A stretch of DNA of 63,627 nucleotides, taken from a virus. Lineage: Duplodnaviria > Caudoviricetes. Below, in pieces: positions 48,358 to 59,360 of the stretch; the stretch's first letter is position 1, and every line of letters begins with the position of its first letter. The notes under the pieces were generated by a model. It worked only from the letters and a program-made list of their open reading frames with translations. It was not told the DNA's origin and made no database searches. Made by a program: the position numbers and the translations under genes. The stretch is from positions 1 through 63,627 of the IMG/VR virus record IMGVR_UViG_3300021341_000078; one strand, given 5' to 3'.

Positions 48358-48702
48358 ATGCACATTAGTCGTAACTTAGTTCGTCGAATTAGATCTGTTG
48401 ACATTTATGAAGTAACCGAAAAAGAGCTTAGTCAGCTTGAAAGAGGAACACCTCAAATAATCAATACCATAAGTCCAGTATTAGGATGTCTTGCCTTTGG
48501 GACTTCCTTTCTTCGAGATCTACTCTATCAAGAACTTTCCAGACCAACATTTATTGTTTTTACTCTTCTTGCTAGTACATCATTCGCAATAGGGTTCTTT
48601 CTAATTCTACAAAGCGTAGCTACTAGGAGGGAAAAAAGAGAACTATTCGCAAAAATTAGGGAACAGAACAAAGTCAACAATACTATTGCAACTGATAAAT
48701 AA
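48358..48702 (+). CDS. Two-TM membrane protein, paralog B (standard-code moron)
   Basis: SVDIYEVTEKELSQLERG...SPVLGC...TSFLRD. Confidence 0.75.
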   Translation: MHISRNLVRRIRSVDIYEVTEKELSQLERGTPQIINTISPVLGCLAFGTSFLRDLLYQELSRPTFIVFTLLASTSFAIGFFLILQSVATRREKRELFAKIREQNKVNNTIATDK

Positions 48703-48869
48703 TCAGTTATAGTAGTCGCGTTAAACAACTTGCCAGTTGTAACAGTGGGTATACAGTGGGAGTCCATTATTTGGGTTCAAGGGTTGCTCGCAAGAGTAAG
48801 GAGCTGTTACAGAAAACCTCATAGGCTTGGCAAGTTGTCCTATGGGGTTTTTATTTTATCTAATAAAAC

Positions 48870-49574
48870 ATGGCGAACTGAAAAAGATCTTTTGTCTTAT
48901 ACAAAGATCTATTACATACATTCCAAATGCTTACAGATGAGGAAGCAGGAAAGCTAATAAAGCATTTGCTTTCATATGTTAATGATGAAGCTCCTGTGTT
49001 AGAAGATAGGATGTTAGAAATAGTATTTGAGCCTATAAAACAATCTCTAAAGAGGGATTTAGATAAACGACAAGAGATCAAAAAAAAGAGGTCAGAGGCT
49101 TGAAAGCAAGGTTGAAGACCTAAGAAAAAGCAAAAAAAGCAAATGCTTTCTGGGAAAGCAAAAAAAGCTGTAAGTGTTAATGTAAGTGTAAGTGATAGTG
49201 TAAGTGTAATAAATAATAAAAAAGATTTAGAGAAAACCTTGGAAGATTTCTATCAGCATAGGAAGAAGATCAAATCACCTATGACAGATCTTGCTAAGAA
49301 GAAACTTTTGAACAGATTAAATGAGTTGGGTTCTACTGAACAGGAAAAGATTTTGATTCTAGAAGAATCTATACTAAACTGACGGAAAGGTGTATTTGAA
49401 CTGAAAGAAGAAAACAAGCCTAGAGATGAAGACTGGCGGCTAAGAGAATACCACGCCCTGAGAGAGGACTGGGGCAAAGCGTTTAGAGAAAAGTACTGAC
49501 CTGAGAAACACGTAGAGATCAAAGCTATCTACAAAAAGAAATGCCTAGACAGTGTTTTATATCCTGACAAATAA
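48870..49574 (+). CDS. Phage replication initiator (DUF6291-like N-terminus); recoded
   Basis: KRSFVLY...LTDEEAGKLIK...KRSEAGKQGGRP; C-term ESILNGW(CGG)KGVF. Confidence 0.8.
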
Positions 49575-49576
49575 AA

Positions 49577-50407
49577 ATGGAGAACGTACGAGACTTCAAT
49601 CAGGATCTAGAGATGGACTTTGGGAGGCTAGCAAGGTATACACGATGACTAGATGTTCTAGATAAAAAGTTTGGGAAACCAGACAACGGAGATCTGATAG
49701 TGCTAGTTGGTTATCCTTGAATGTGAAAGACAGAGTTTTCCTTCTTCATGTCTAAGCAGAACCTGAAAAAAGGTAACAGAGTTGCCTACCTATCGTTAGA
49801 GCTGACCAAGAAACAACTGATACACAGGATAGCAAGAAAGAACGCGTGAGTTTCGTACCAAGACTTCCAGAACGGAAACTATTCTGAAAGACAAATAGAA
49901 ATAATCAAACAAGAGATACAGTGGTTCAAAGACCAAAAGAAACTATGGATGATTTGAGCTAACAACGAACCAAGCATAGATGAGGTTGAAGAACTGATTA
50001 GGGAGTGTAACGATAAGTGATTCCAGATGATTGTCATTGACAACCTAGGGAAGATCGAATGATGTGCTACGGATCTAGACAGACAAGCGAAAGCAACATC
50101 GAAGCTACAGACCATAAAGAATGAGTTAAACCTAGACATAACACTCCTGCACCATCTTAGAAAACCTAGTAAGTCTGATGTATTAAAACCGTGATGAGGA
50201 TCTGCGTTTAGTGGGAGTCAAAAGATCAAAGACAACTGCTCAGTGATGGTAGAGATACGAAGAGATCTAGACCCCTACGAGACCAGACCAGAAAAGAAAG
50301 CAGAGGTGTTATTCCTGCAATACAAACAGACATGGGATGGTATAACCTGAGCACAAGAGATGTACTTCAACAGATGAGAATATAACGAGCATTATATCCC
50401 TAACTAA
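49577..50407 (+). CDS. DnaB-like replicative helicase; recoded
   Basis: Walker A VGYPG(TGA)MG(TGA)KT, YLSLEL, IVIDNL, LHHLRK. Confidence 0.85.
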
Positions 50408-50847
50408 CCACATGGTAACACGACAACAGCTAGACGACATGGAAACAGTAGCTAAAGGTATGACACTGATACATCATAGGGAGTGAGACCCCAAGAGTGT
50501 TATCAAGAACGTGCTTAGAGTTATTTCGGAGCTACACTATGCGGACATTGTAACACTGGGTAATGAAGAACTAGAGGACGTACTACTAGACTTCCAGAAC
50601 AAACTACTGGACATAGAAAACAAGTATTTAGCTCCTAAGCAATGACTATGCAATACAAGTGATACGAGATCTTTGTAGAGTGAGGAGTATACAAAGCTGA
50701 GAACTACGCTACATGACATGTTATAATAAACCACATCAACTCAGGTAAAACATCGAACATGTACGGAACAAAGAAGAAGATTACAACTTTTGACCAGATG
50801 AAAAGAGCTATAGATTTTTACTTACGTAATAGCCACTAACTATATAC

Positions 50848-51891
50848 ATGTATACTTATAAGTTTAGAATCTACCCCAATAAAGAACAGCAAGCATTACT
50901 TGCAAATAGCTTCTGATGTTGTAGGTTTGTTTACAATAAGTGAATAGCGACTCGGCAAGAGATGTACAAAAAGTGAGAAAAGGCAAACTACTATACGCTT
51001 GCGTGACTACTAAAAGAACGGAAGCAAGAGCTGCCACGATTAAAAGTCGCATACTCGCAGTCATTGCAACAGTCCTTAAAGAATCTTGACCGTGCTTACA
51101 AAAACTTTTTTGCTAAGCGTAGCAAGTATCCACGCTTCAAGAAGAAGTTTGCAAAACAATCTTGTCACTTCCCACAACACACAAGCATAGAGGGGATGAA
51201 AATCAAGTTCCCTAAACTATGACTTGTGAGGTGTAAGCTCCATAGGAGTGTAGAGGGATGTATCAAGAATATGACTATCACACGTAATCCATCTTGAAAG
51301 TACTACGTCAGTATTTGCACTGACCATGCTCCACAAAAACCACGTGGCACTGGTAGTGTGGGCATTGATGTTGGTATTAAAGAACTTGGCTACTGTAGTG
51401 ATGGTTATGTGATAAAGAATCCAAAGTTTCTCAAGAAAGCTATGAAAAGACTAAAGAAACAGCAGAGATTCATGAGTAGAAAAAAGAAGGGAAGCAGAAA
51501 CAGGAATAAACAAAGAGTAAGAGTAGCAAGACTTTATGAGAAAGTAACCAGCCAGCGTAGGGATTACCTACACAAAGTGTCTACTAGACTACAGAAGAAC
51601 TATGAGACAGTAGTAGTTGAGGATCTAAATATCAATAATATGGTAAAGAACCATTGCCTTGCACAAGCCATTATAGATGTAAGTCGATGAATGTTCTTCA
51701 CTATGCTAGACTACAAAACGAATTTAATCAAGGTAAAGCCACACAACACATCCAAGACCTGTAGTAGGTGTGGTCATGTAAAAGAAAAGCTAAGTCTTGA
51801 AGTGAGAGCGTACACTTGCGGTGCGTGCTGACTGATAATCGATAGAGACTACAATGCTAGTCTCAACATATTAGCAAGGGCTACTACTTAG
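50848..51891 (+). CDS. tnpB: IS200/IS605-family TnpB RNA-guided nuclease; recoded
   Basis: YKFRIYP...FG(TGA)CCRFVYN, PW(CGA)LK, GIDVG, VVEDL, DVSW(CGA)G(TGA)MF, TSKTCSRCG...C..CG...DRDYNA. Confidence 0.93.
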
Positions 51892-52026
51892 ATTTTAGAA
51901 CTACTCGGTAGTAACTGGTAGCGTAGGTACTACGCGAACCGAGCTTAAGCTCAACGCCTGTGGAGAGTGTAGGTTACGAACTCTATGAAGCAGGAAGCCG
52001 TCGGACTTTAGTCCTTGGTAGTTCAC
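51892..52026 (+). ncRNA. Putative TnpB omega/reRNA scaffold and IS right end
   Basis: ACGCCTGTGGAGAG...ACTCTATGAAGCAGGAAGCC, hairpin GGACTTTAGTCC, terminal GTTCAC. Confidence 0.65.
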
Positions 52027-52993
52027 ATCTTAAACAGAGTTACTAATGACGTTACAAGAAATATTAGACTTGTGGGTAGAGAAGGGGGCTGTGTATGAGT
52101 GAGTTTCTTTTGATCAAGCGCATTTGTTCTGAAAGCACATACTTCTATATGAAGACGTTGGACCTTTTAACGAAGAATACATCTCACTCTCTCTAAACGA
52201 TATACTCTACTGAGATTCCAACTTTTGGAAAGCGTTGTTTCCCCTTGACTGGCAGTATGAAACGCCAGAATATGATAGTAGGTACGTAGACCCTGTGTTT
52301 AGGGATTGAGGAGTGATTTATGTTCTAGATAACGTAAGTGACGCACCGAGAGTGCGAAGATGGAACTTTCTAAAAATGCAAAGCACTCTCCACAAAGATA
52401 AAGTCGCTTACCTATCTGATTTACTTTCTAAATAATAACGATGCCTAAAGGAAAAATAGATGGAACAAGGTTTTCTAATTATGCAATAACAGAGAAAGAG
52501 GTAAGCTTGCTATACAAGGAGTGGGTGAAAAGACTTTCTAAAGAACTAGATAAGCGCAATGAGTTCTGATTAACATTCACAGAAACACCTCCTACGGTAA
52601 AAAAGATTATAGACGGTGTTAAAAAAATTGAAGATGATTTACTTTCTAACAATACAGATGACTAAGAAACGAATACACCCTAATTGACGAACAGCACACT
52701 ATAGCACAGGAATTAGCTATACAGATTGAGTCTATATAATAAGAGACAGAGAAGGAAGATACTGGTGATGCTTTTATGAGGAACAGATAATAATAGACTT
52801 CTGATTTGAGCAAGAAGATGATAAGTATGATAAATGTGCTTACGAACTTATAGCAAACCAAGTGGTTAGAATGTTTGACAAACCCTCAATAGAACAAATC
52901 CTCAGAAAATACTTCCCAGAAAATTCTTAGCTTATTCTTTGCAAAATCTAACAACATACACACGATACAGGTGTTTATCACCTACCAAACACA

Positions 52994-53491
52994 ATGGAAG
53001 AGTTAATATCCCACGTAGATGAGAAAGATGAGCTTATAGATTACAGACCTAGATCAGAGTTTTACAAGAGTGAGATGATACACAGGACGGTATGAGTCTT
53101 GCTGTTCAACTCACTGTGACAGATGCTTATCCAGAAAAGATCTGAGAACAAAAAAGAGTCTCCTTGATTACGGTCCTGCTCAGTATCGTGAGGCGTTGGA
53201 ATAGAAGATTATGAGACCGCTGCAAAGAGAGAGACGAAAGAAGAGCTGGGTATAGACGTAGAAGTAAGAAAGTTGTTCAAGTACAAAAGAAACAGGAAAT
53301 ACTCTAACCCTTACTTCAAAGAAGTTTACGAAGCTACACACGACTGACCACTAACAATCCAAGAAGAAGAGATAGCTGAAATACTACGAGCAGACGTTGA
53401 ACGGATAGAGAAAGATATACAAGAGAACCCACACAAGTATACAGAGTGATTCAAAAAGCTTTTACAGATTTACTTACAAGATGGACGTTAA
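52994..53491 (+). CDS. NUDIX hydrolase (IDI-like); recoded
   Basis: IHRTV..LLFNSLGQMLIQKRS...PG(TGA)LW(CGG)S...AAKRETKEELGI. Confidence 0.85.
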
Positions 53492-53870
53492 AAAGATTAA
53501 TGAAGAAATAAAGAAGTTATGATCAACAGATAATATTTCTGACTGACACCACACATTCAAGGAGCTATACGAACATAGACACGCACTGCTTATATCCTTA
53601 ATCAACAACACTAATCGAGACTGGATAAAAAGCTACATACACTACGACTATGAGATGTGGAAATGATGGTTTATAGTTCAGGGAATGTGTCCTACACAGA
53701 ATGACCAGTTCAACCAAATATCCTACCATTTACCAAACATGTATCGAGACAAAGTACGCTGTAAGGAAATAGCGAAAGCAGAGCGACGAGATTGACACAC
53801 AGCAGAGGATGTTGTATTCAGACTTATGCAACACAACACTAAGCCCCTTGGAGTTTTAGGCAACTTTTAG
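53481..53870 (+). CDS. WDGH-motif phage protein; recoded
   Basis: SDGHHTFKELYEHR...QISYHLP...W(CGA)DG(TGA)HT. Confidence 0.8.
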
Positions 53871-53883
53871 ATCTCTACCTACA

Positions 53884-54246
53884 ATGATCAGAATAGTTCT
53901 ACAGTGAAGACCACTATCCACTCAACACATCTACTGACAACGCGGTAGGATTAGATATATGAAGAAAGAAGCAAAACTCCTGAAAGCATCATATATCGAA
54001 CAAGCGAGGTCACAATACGCATGAAAGTGTCTCGAAACACCGCTTTCCGTAGAGATCAAAATCTATTTCTGAGACAGAAGGAAGCGTGACTGGGATAATT
54101 ATCACAAGCTGACGATGGATGCCTTAGAATGAATTTTATACAAGGACGATAGCCAAATTCAGATTGCACTCGTTACGAAAGCGTACGACAAGGAAAACCC
54201 ATGCACTGTTTTAGACTTTATAGAGCTATGTGACATAGGAAAATAA
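53884..54246 (+). CDS. rusA: RusA-like Holliday junction resolvase; recoded
   Basis: RKRDWDNYHKLTMDALEGILYKDDSQI. Confidence 0.85.
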
Positions 54247-54518
54247 AGCTGAATACACAGAAGATAAAATACTGATGTAACTTCTGTGAGGAGTGTGGGT
54301 GTAAGAAGCATCGACTACCGTTCCAGATCCACCACGTAGTCTACAGATCTGAGGCTTGACGACACAAGAACATAAACCACCCAGATAACCTATTGATAGT
54401 ATGTGCGCCTTGCCACCAGAAGATACACTCTAACAAGAAGGCGTATCAAGCAAAACGAGTAAAAAAGAGAGACTTATGGAGAGTGTTCCCAGATGTGTTA
54501 CATGACAAGTACAAGTAG
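54228..54518 (+). CDS. HNH endonuclease; recoded
   Basis: CEECG...IHHV...NLLIVCAPCHQKIH. Confidence 0.75.
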
Positions 54519-54543
54519 AAAGTTTTATTACCTAAACTTTTTT

Positions 54544-54972
54544 ATGAAAGAGAGGCGAGTTCCAGTCACTTGATATGAGTGAAGTTATGAAGTGAGCAAT
54601 TTATGAAGAGTTAGATCCCTAGATAGATATTCTACTTCACACCAACGCGATTCTCTAGGAAATTTCTACACTAGACGCGTTAAACAAACTTGAAGGATGC
54701 TAAAGCAACAAGTCAACAACTGAGGTTATGCAAGAGTAAGACTTATGAAAAATGGGAAGTGAAAATATACTATGGTGCATAGAATAGTATACTTCTCATT
54801 CAATAAAGTCCCTTTAGCTAAAAACAACAACATTGGTATATGTTGTATTTGCCACAAAGACGACAACAGACTTAACAATAGCATTAATAACCTTTTCTAC
54901 GGTACGTACAGAGATAATGTTAGAGACATGATGAAAAAATGAAGAGAAAACTTCTTTTGAAGAAACAATTAG
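54544..54972 (+). CDS. NUMOD4-HNH homing endonuclease; recoded
   Basis: ERW(CGA)VPVTGYEGSYEVSNLGRVRS...VHR...CHKDDNRLNN..NNL. Confidence 0.88.
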
Positions 54973-55712
54973 GTGACGAGAGAGGTCGCTAAACAAGCGG
55001 GCATTGAACCAAAAGTTAGACCCTAAAAGCAAAAAAGACTAGCGTGGAATATATCTGTGTGTATAATGATAACATATGAGTTGGTCTATAACAGATGGTG
55101 TGGGAAACAGGGCTGATTGACCCCTGAAAAAGTAAACATCCTAGATCAGTGTTTACGTCTACAATATAATCGTCACTATGGCAACAATAAGCAGACCCAC
55201 ATCATCTCCTATAGATCAGCTCAACCCTTTATCCTTTACGTGTGTTGTTATGCCTCTACCCAAACAAGCTAAAAAGGCTCTCAGTGAGTTGAGAGCGAAG
55301 ATTGCAGGAGCAAGTTATTGTAATGCTGGATGGATTCAGAGAGAGAGATGGAGAATGAGAAGAACAACCCCAAGAACCAAAGATGTACATGTAGAGCTAC
55401 AAGAGGTGAATACAAGCCTCTACCAGAACCTATCTACAAACGACTACCTTTATTCCCTTATAGAGCACTAAGATGACTGACAGAAATCAGCTAATCGGTG
55501 AAGCGTATGAGAAGATAACAAAGGACTTGTGAACTATGATAGACTTCCTAGGTGATGGGATCTACCAGATAGTACTAGATATACTTGAATGAAAGAAAAC
55601 TATCGAGCTATTAGACCTGCTTGGAAAGTAATTACGTGAGCTAGACACCTCCTTAAACTGTCCTTAGCCTAGGCACGCTTTACACTGCCCTTTTATACTT
55701 ACCATTACTACA

Positions 55713-56240
55713 ATGACAGATTCATTTTTGCCTGAAAACTATTCAGAGCCGTCAAACAGTGACTTCTTGAAGCTAGAGGCTGGTACTACAAAGATTAGAT
55801 TCTTGCAATCTCCAGTTATCTCTTGGGAGCTTTGGGAAGATAAAGAAGACGGAACAGAGTGACGCAAAGTTGTTAGAGGAAAGAAAGAGGAAGGACAACC
55901 TATTCCACCTAGCTCTAAGCTAGTATGGACTTGTATCGTTTGGAACCATAACGACCAACGTATGCAGGTATGGAGCGTAGGACAAAAGACTATCAGAGAT
56001 CAGATCGTAAGCATTAGTAGAGACGCAGACTTTGGAGACCCACGTAACTTTGACATTAAGATCAAGAAGGAAGGGGAGAAGATGAAAACTACTTACACTA
56101 TCAACCCGCTACCTCCTACAGAACTAGGAGAGGAAGCAAAGAACACAATCATGCAAACACAGGTAAATATAGACGCATACTTTGAGGGAGAGAATCCTTT
56201 CTGAACAGGGAGTGACGACGACTCTGACGTTCCTTTTTAA
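55713..56240 (+). CDS. Probable single-stranded DNA-binding protein; recoded
   Basis: FLKL...KIRFL...DIKIKKEG...TTY; acidic tail SDDDSDVPF is reached only if TGA 56202 is read through. Confidence 0.65.
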
Positions 56241-57150
56241 TCACTAGGGGCTTCGTGCCCCTTTTATTTTTGAAATATACTTATGTATAAGTTGATAATC
56301 GACTCTCTAAAAAAGATGGAAAAGGATGTAATCAAAGACACAACAATCAGCATCTTAGACGAGTACTTGTACCAATACAACCTTTTGATAAACGAAAAGA
56401 TAGATCTTATTAAAGAATACTCCTTAAATAAATGAGACTATGAGGACAAAGTGAGAAAAAAAGTGAGCCAACTGCTAAGTGATAGGATCGTAAAGCACAA
56501 GACAAAAGCGGAAACCATAGCAGAAGAGGAGCATAAAGAACTATGAGAAAAAATAAGAAGAGACAGTATAGTCATAGAAGAGATAGACACATTTTCTAGG
56601 AAGACATTAAATAACTACCATCATGGGAAGTCTAAATTAAAGAGTGACTTCGATATGGATAAGCAGGTAAACAATATAGCTAGATTTCAAGAATGACACT
56701 AATTGCTTTACATCTTACGTATTATACAATGTGAATTATTATTGCACTATGAATCGTTGCGTTGATCTTTTTATCGTTTAAGCTCTCGTGTAGCAGTTGC
56801 AATACACAAGCGATCAACCCACAACAACCAAAGATTACTCCAGCAAAGACCACTGTTTTCACTAAGTGATGAAGTAACCTAAAAGCACCTAAGAAAAGAA
56901 AGACCCCTAAGACTGACAAGCTGAATGAGAACAGAGCACAAATCGAATTACAGATACTAGCAGGTTGGACCAATGAAGATATCGCAAAGTACTACTGAGT
57001 AGGTAGTTCGACTGTTCAGAGATGGAAAGTTGCTAGAGGGATAAAGAGACTATCTAAAAGACAAATAGAGAAGGGGAAAGAGATGCTAGGGGAGAGATAT
57101 GATGTAAAGAAGTTCCGTAAACAAGCTAAAGAAGCAGGATTAATGCAGAC

Positions 57151-57178
57151 TTGACAAATGTAATTCCAGAGTTATAAT
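57151..57178 (+). promoter_or_regulatory. Consensus sigma70 promoter TTGACA-N16-TATAAT
   Basis: Perfect -35 and -10 hexamers. Confidence 0.75.
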
Positions 57179-57620
57179 ATAGATACTTTACTTCTAACAC
57201 ATACAAAAATGCCTACACGATTCAAGTACCTGACTGTCTTTTGTCTATGATTAGCTCTGTGAGTTTGGAGCATGAGTCTTGTATCAGCAGACTACAGCCT
57301 TATCCCTACTCCTGAACAAGCTGACTTTGTTTACTGACTAGAGATGGAGTACAGAAACACTATCCAACAAACTATTGCTCAAGCTAGATACTACCAAGAG
57401 TATCAAGACAACTGCGAGCTAGAGGAGGCGTTCTTTACGTTCGATAGAAAGAAGATTACTTGTGAGGAGATAGAAGATCACTTCCGTTCTAAGTACTTCG
57501 AGATCGCAAACCTTGCTTATAAGCTAGATGGGTATTGTGATGAGTACTTTGGGAGATCTGGTAAAGCATGTAGCATGTATGTAGACATGTATAGAAGCTA
57601 GTTTTATTCTTACAAACAAA

Positions 57621-58397
57621 ATGAGAAAGTATACACCGCATATAATTACAGTACTAATACTAGTACTTATCGTATGAACAATACTGAATCGACCAACACA
57701 AGAAAATAAATCACAGCTAGAGAAGCTAGTAGAAGAAAGAGCTATCCTAACAGAACAAATACAACAGATAGAAGCAACAGAACAAGAGATACAGAAAGCT
57801 ATTGAACAGGAGTGTAAGAAGATGGATATAGAATGTGCAGTAGATAGCATACCAGAGAAAGTAGAGCAAGTTGTTGAAGCTAACGGAAAGGTAGAGGTAG
57901 AGGAGCAAGAACAGTCACCCACCAAGGAAGAGAAAGAGCTGATGGAGCAGATATGCAAACTAGGAACAAAGAATGGTAAAACAACTATCCTATGTGATAA
58001 CTGGGAGCTGTACTACCAACTAACTGAAATAAGTGCCAACAAGTGAGTTCCATTCAAACTTATGTTAGGTATTACTATGGCAGAAAGCCACATAGGTACA
58101 AACCGAGCACCAAAAGAAGAGTGCTCAAAGTCTAAGAACTGGGCATGACTAAAAGGAGCAAAGAAAGACGATGGATCTGTTATATGGTATACAGTAGCAG
58201 GCAAAGGTATAGAGGGGTGTTACTTGTTTAAGTTCGACTTAGTTACAGACTTCCGAAGCCATTTTGCAAACACACTACTAACCTATCAGAACGCTTGTTG
58301 ACGAGATCCAGCATGTATCTCGGTAAGATATGTGGGAGGACAAGGAACAAAGAAGAGATGGGTACAAGCAGTTAATTTATTCTATACTAATGAGTAA
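57621..58397 (+). CDS. Membrane-anchored coiled-coil protein with lysozyme/glucosaminidase-like domain; recoded
   Basis: N-terminal TM; GVPFKLMLGITMAESHIG...NWAGLK. Confidence 0.55.
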
Positions 58398-59006
58398 TGT
58401 GACAGCTAGTTTTTTGATCTAAAGAGGCAATAGAAAAGCTAATCGAGAGCTTAAAGAAAACAAGTCTCTCCTTAAGTAGACACTACTGTACTTGTGACCA
58501 CTGTGATTTAAATGGTCTTATAGAACAAGCCTCTTGCTCCTCGTGCGACACTATACTTTACGGTTCTCGGTGAAGTCCAGAACATAGAGAGGCAGAAATC
58601 GTACTAAAAGAGATAATGGAAGAGTCAGATAAGGTGCGTGAAAAGTGATGAGCATTGCTTTGTAAAAAATGTGATTCACAGATAACTCGTTTAGATTGGT
58701 CAGAAAAGGAAAGTCTTCTAAGATCCTACATAGGCGATATAGAGGAAAACAAAATTACTCTTTTTTTAGATACTAACAACAAGTAATGAAGAAGTTTCTA
58801 CTAATACGATTGCCAATCCTTTTGTGATCGTTTCTTGGAGTAATGCTTGCTTTAAAGTTTGAGCCAGTTAGACGGTCTACCTGAGAGAAGATTTGATGGA
58901 GTGTGTATGAAAGAGAAAGTGGAAAATTTGTGTGACATGCTATATATAAGTGACCTCATAAGGGTTTTCACTGACCAAAGGAAGATTTAGATAGTAATAA
59001 TAAGTA

Positions 59007-59360
59007 ATGATAGACCCACAGAAAACGATAGACCGAAACCTTGCTTTTGGAAATAAACAACAGTTTGATACAGGGAAGTATGATTGATACCTAGATTACA
59101 GCATGATGAGAGAGGAGATACGTGAGTTCTTGCTAGCCTCAGATAGTGACGATAAGGTAGAAATGGTAGATGCCTGTATAGATGTGATATTTGTAGCTCT
59201 ATGAACGCTACATAAGCTATGATTAGATGCAGAGTCGATCACTAGAGCGTATGATGAGGTGTGTAGGTCAAACGATAGCAAGATCGGAGCTAAGAAGAGA
59301 GATGGGAAAGTAACTAAGGGAGAAAACTACTCACCACCTAACCTAAATTTTGTTCTTTAA
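59007..59360 (+). CDS. MazG-like NTP pyrophosphohydrolase; recoded
   Basis: EEIRE...VEMVDACIDVIFVALG...EVCRSNDSK...DGKVTKGENY. Confidence 0.85.

Noticed and set aside
54960-55140. Possible suppressor tRNA in this intergenic stretch
   Set aside because: No cloverleaf or T-loop consensus recognisable
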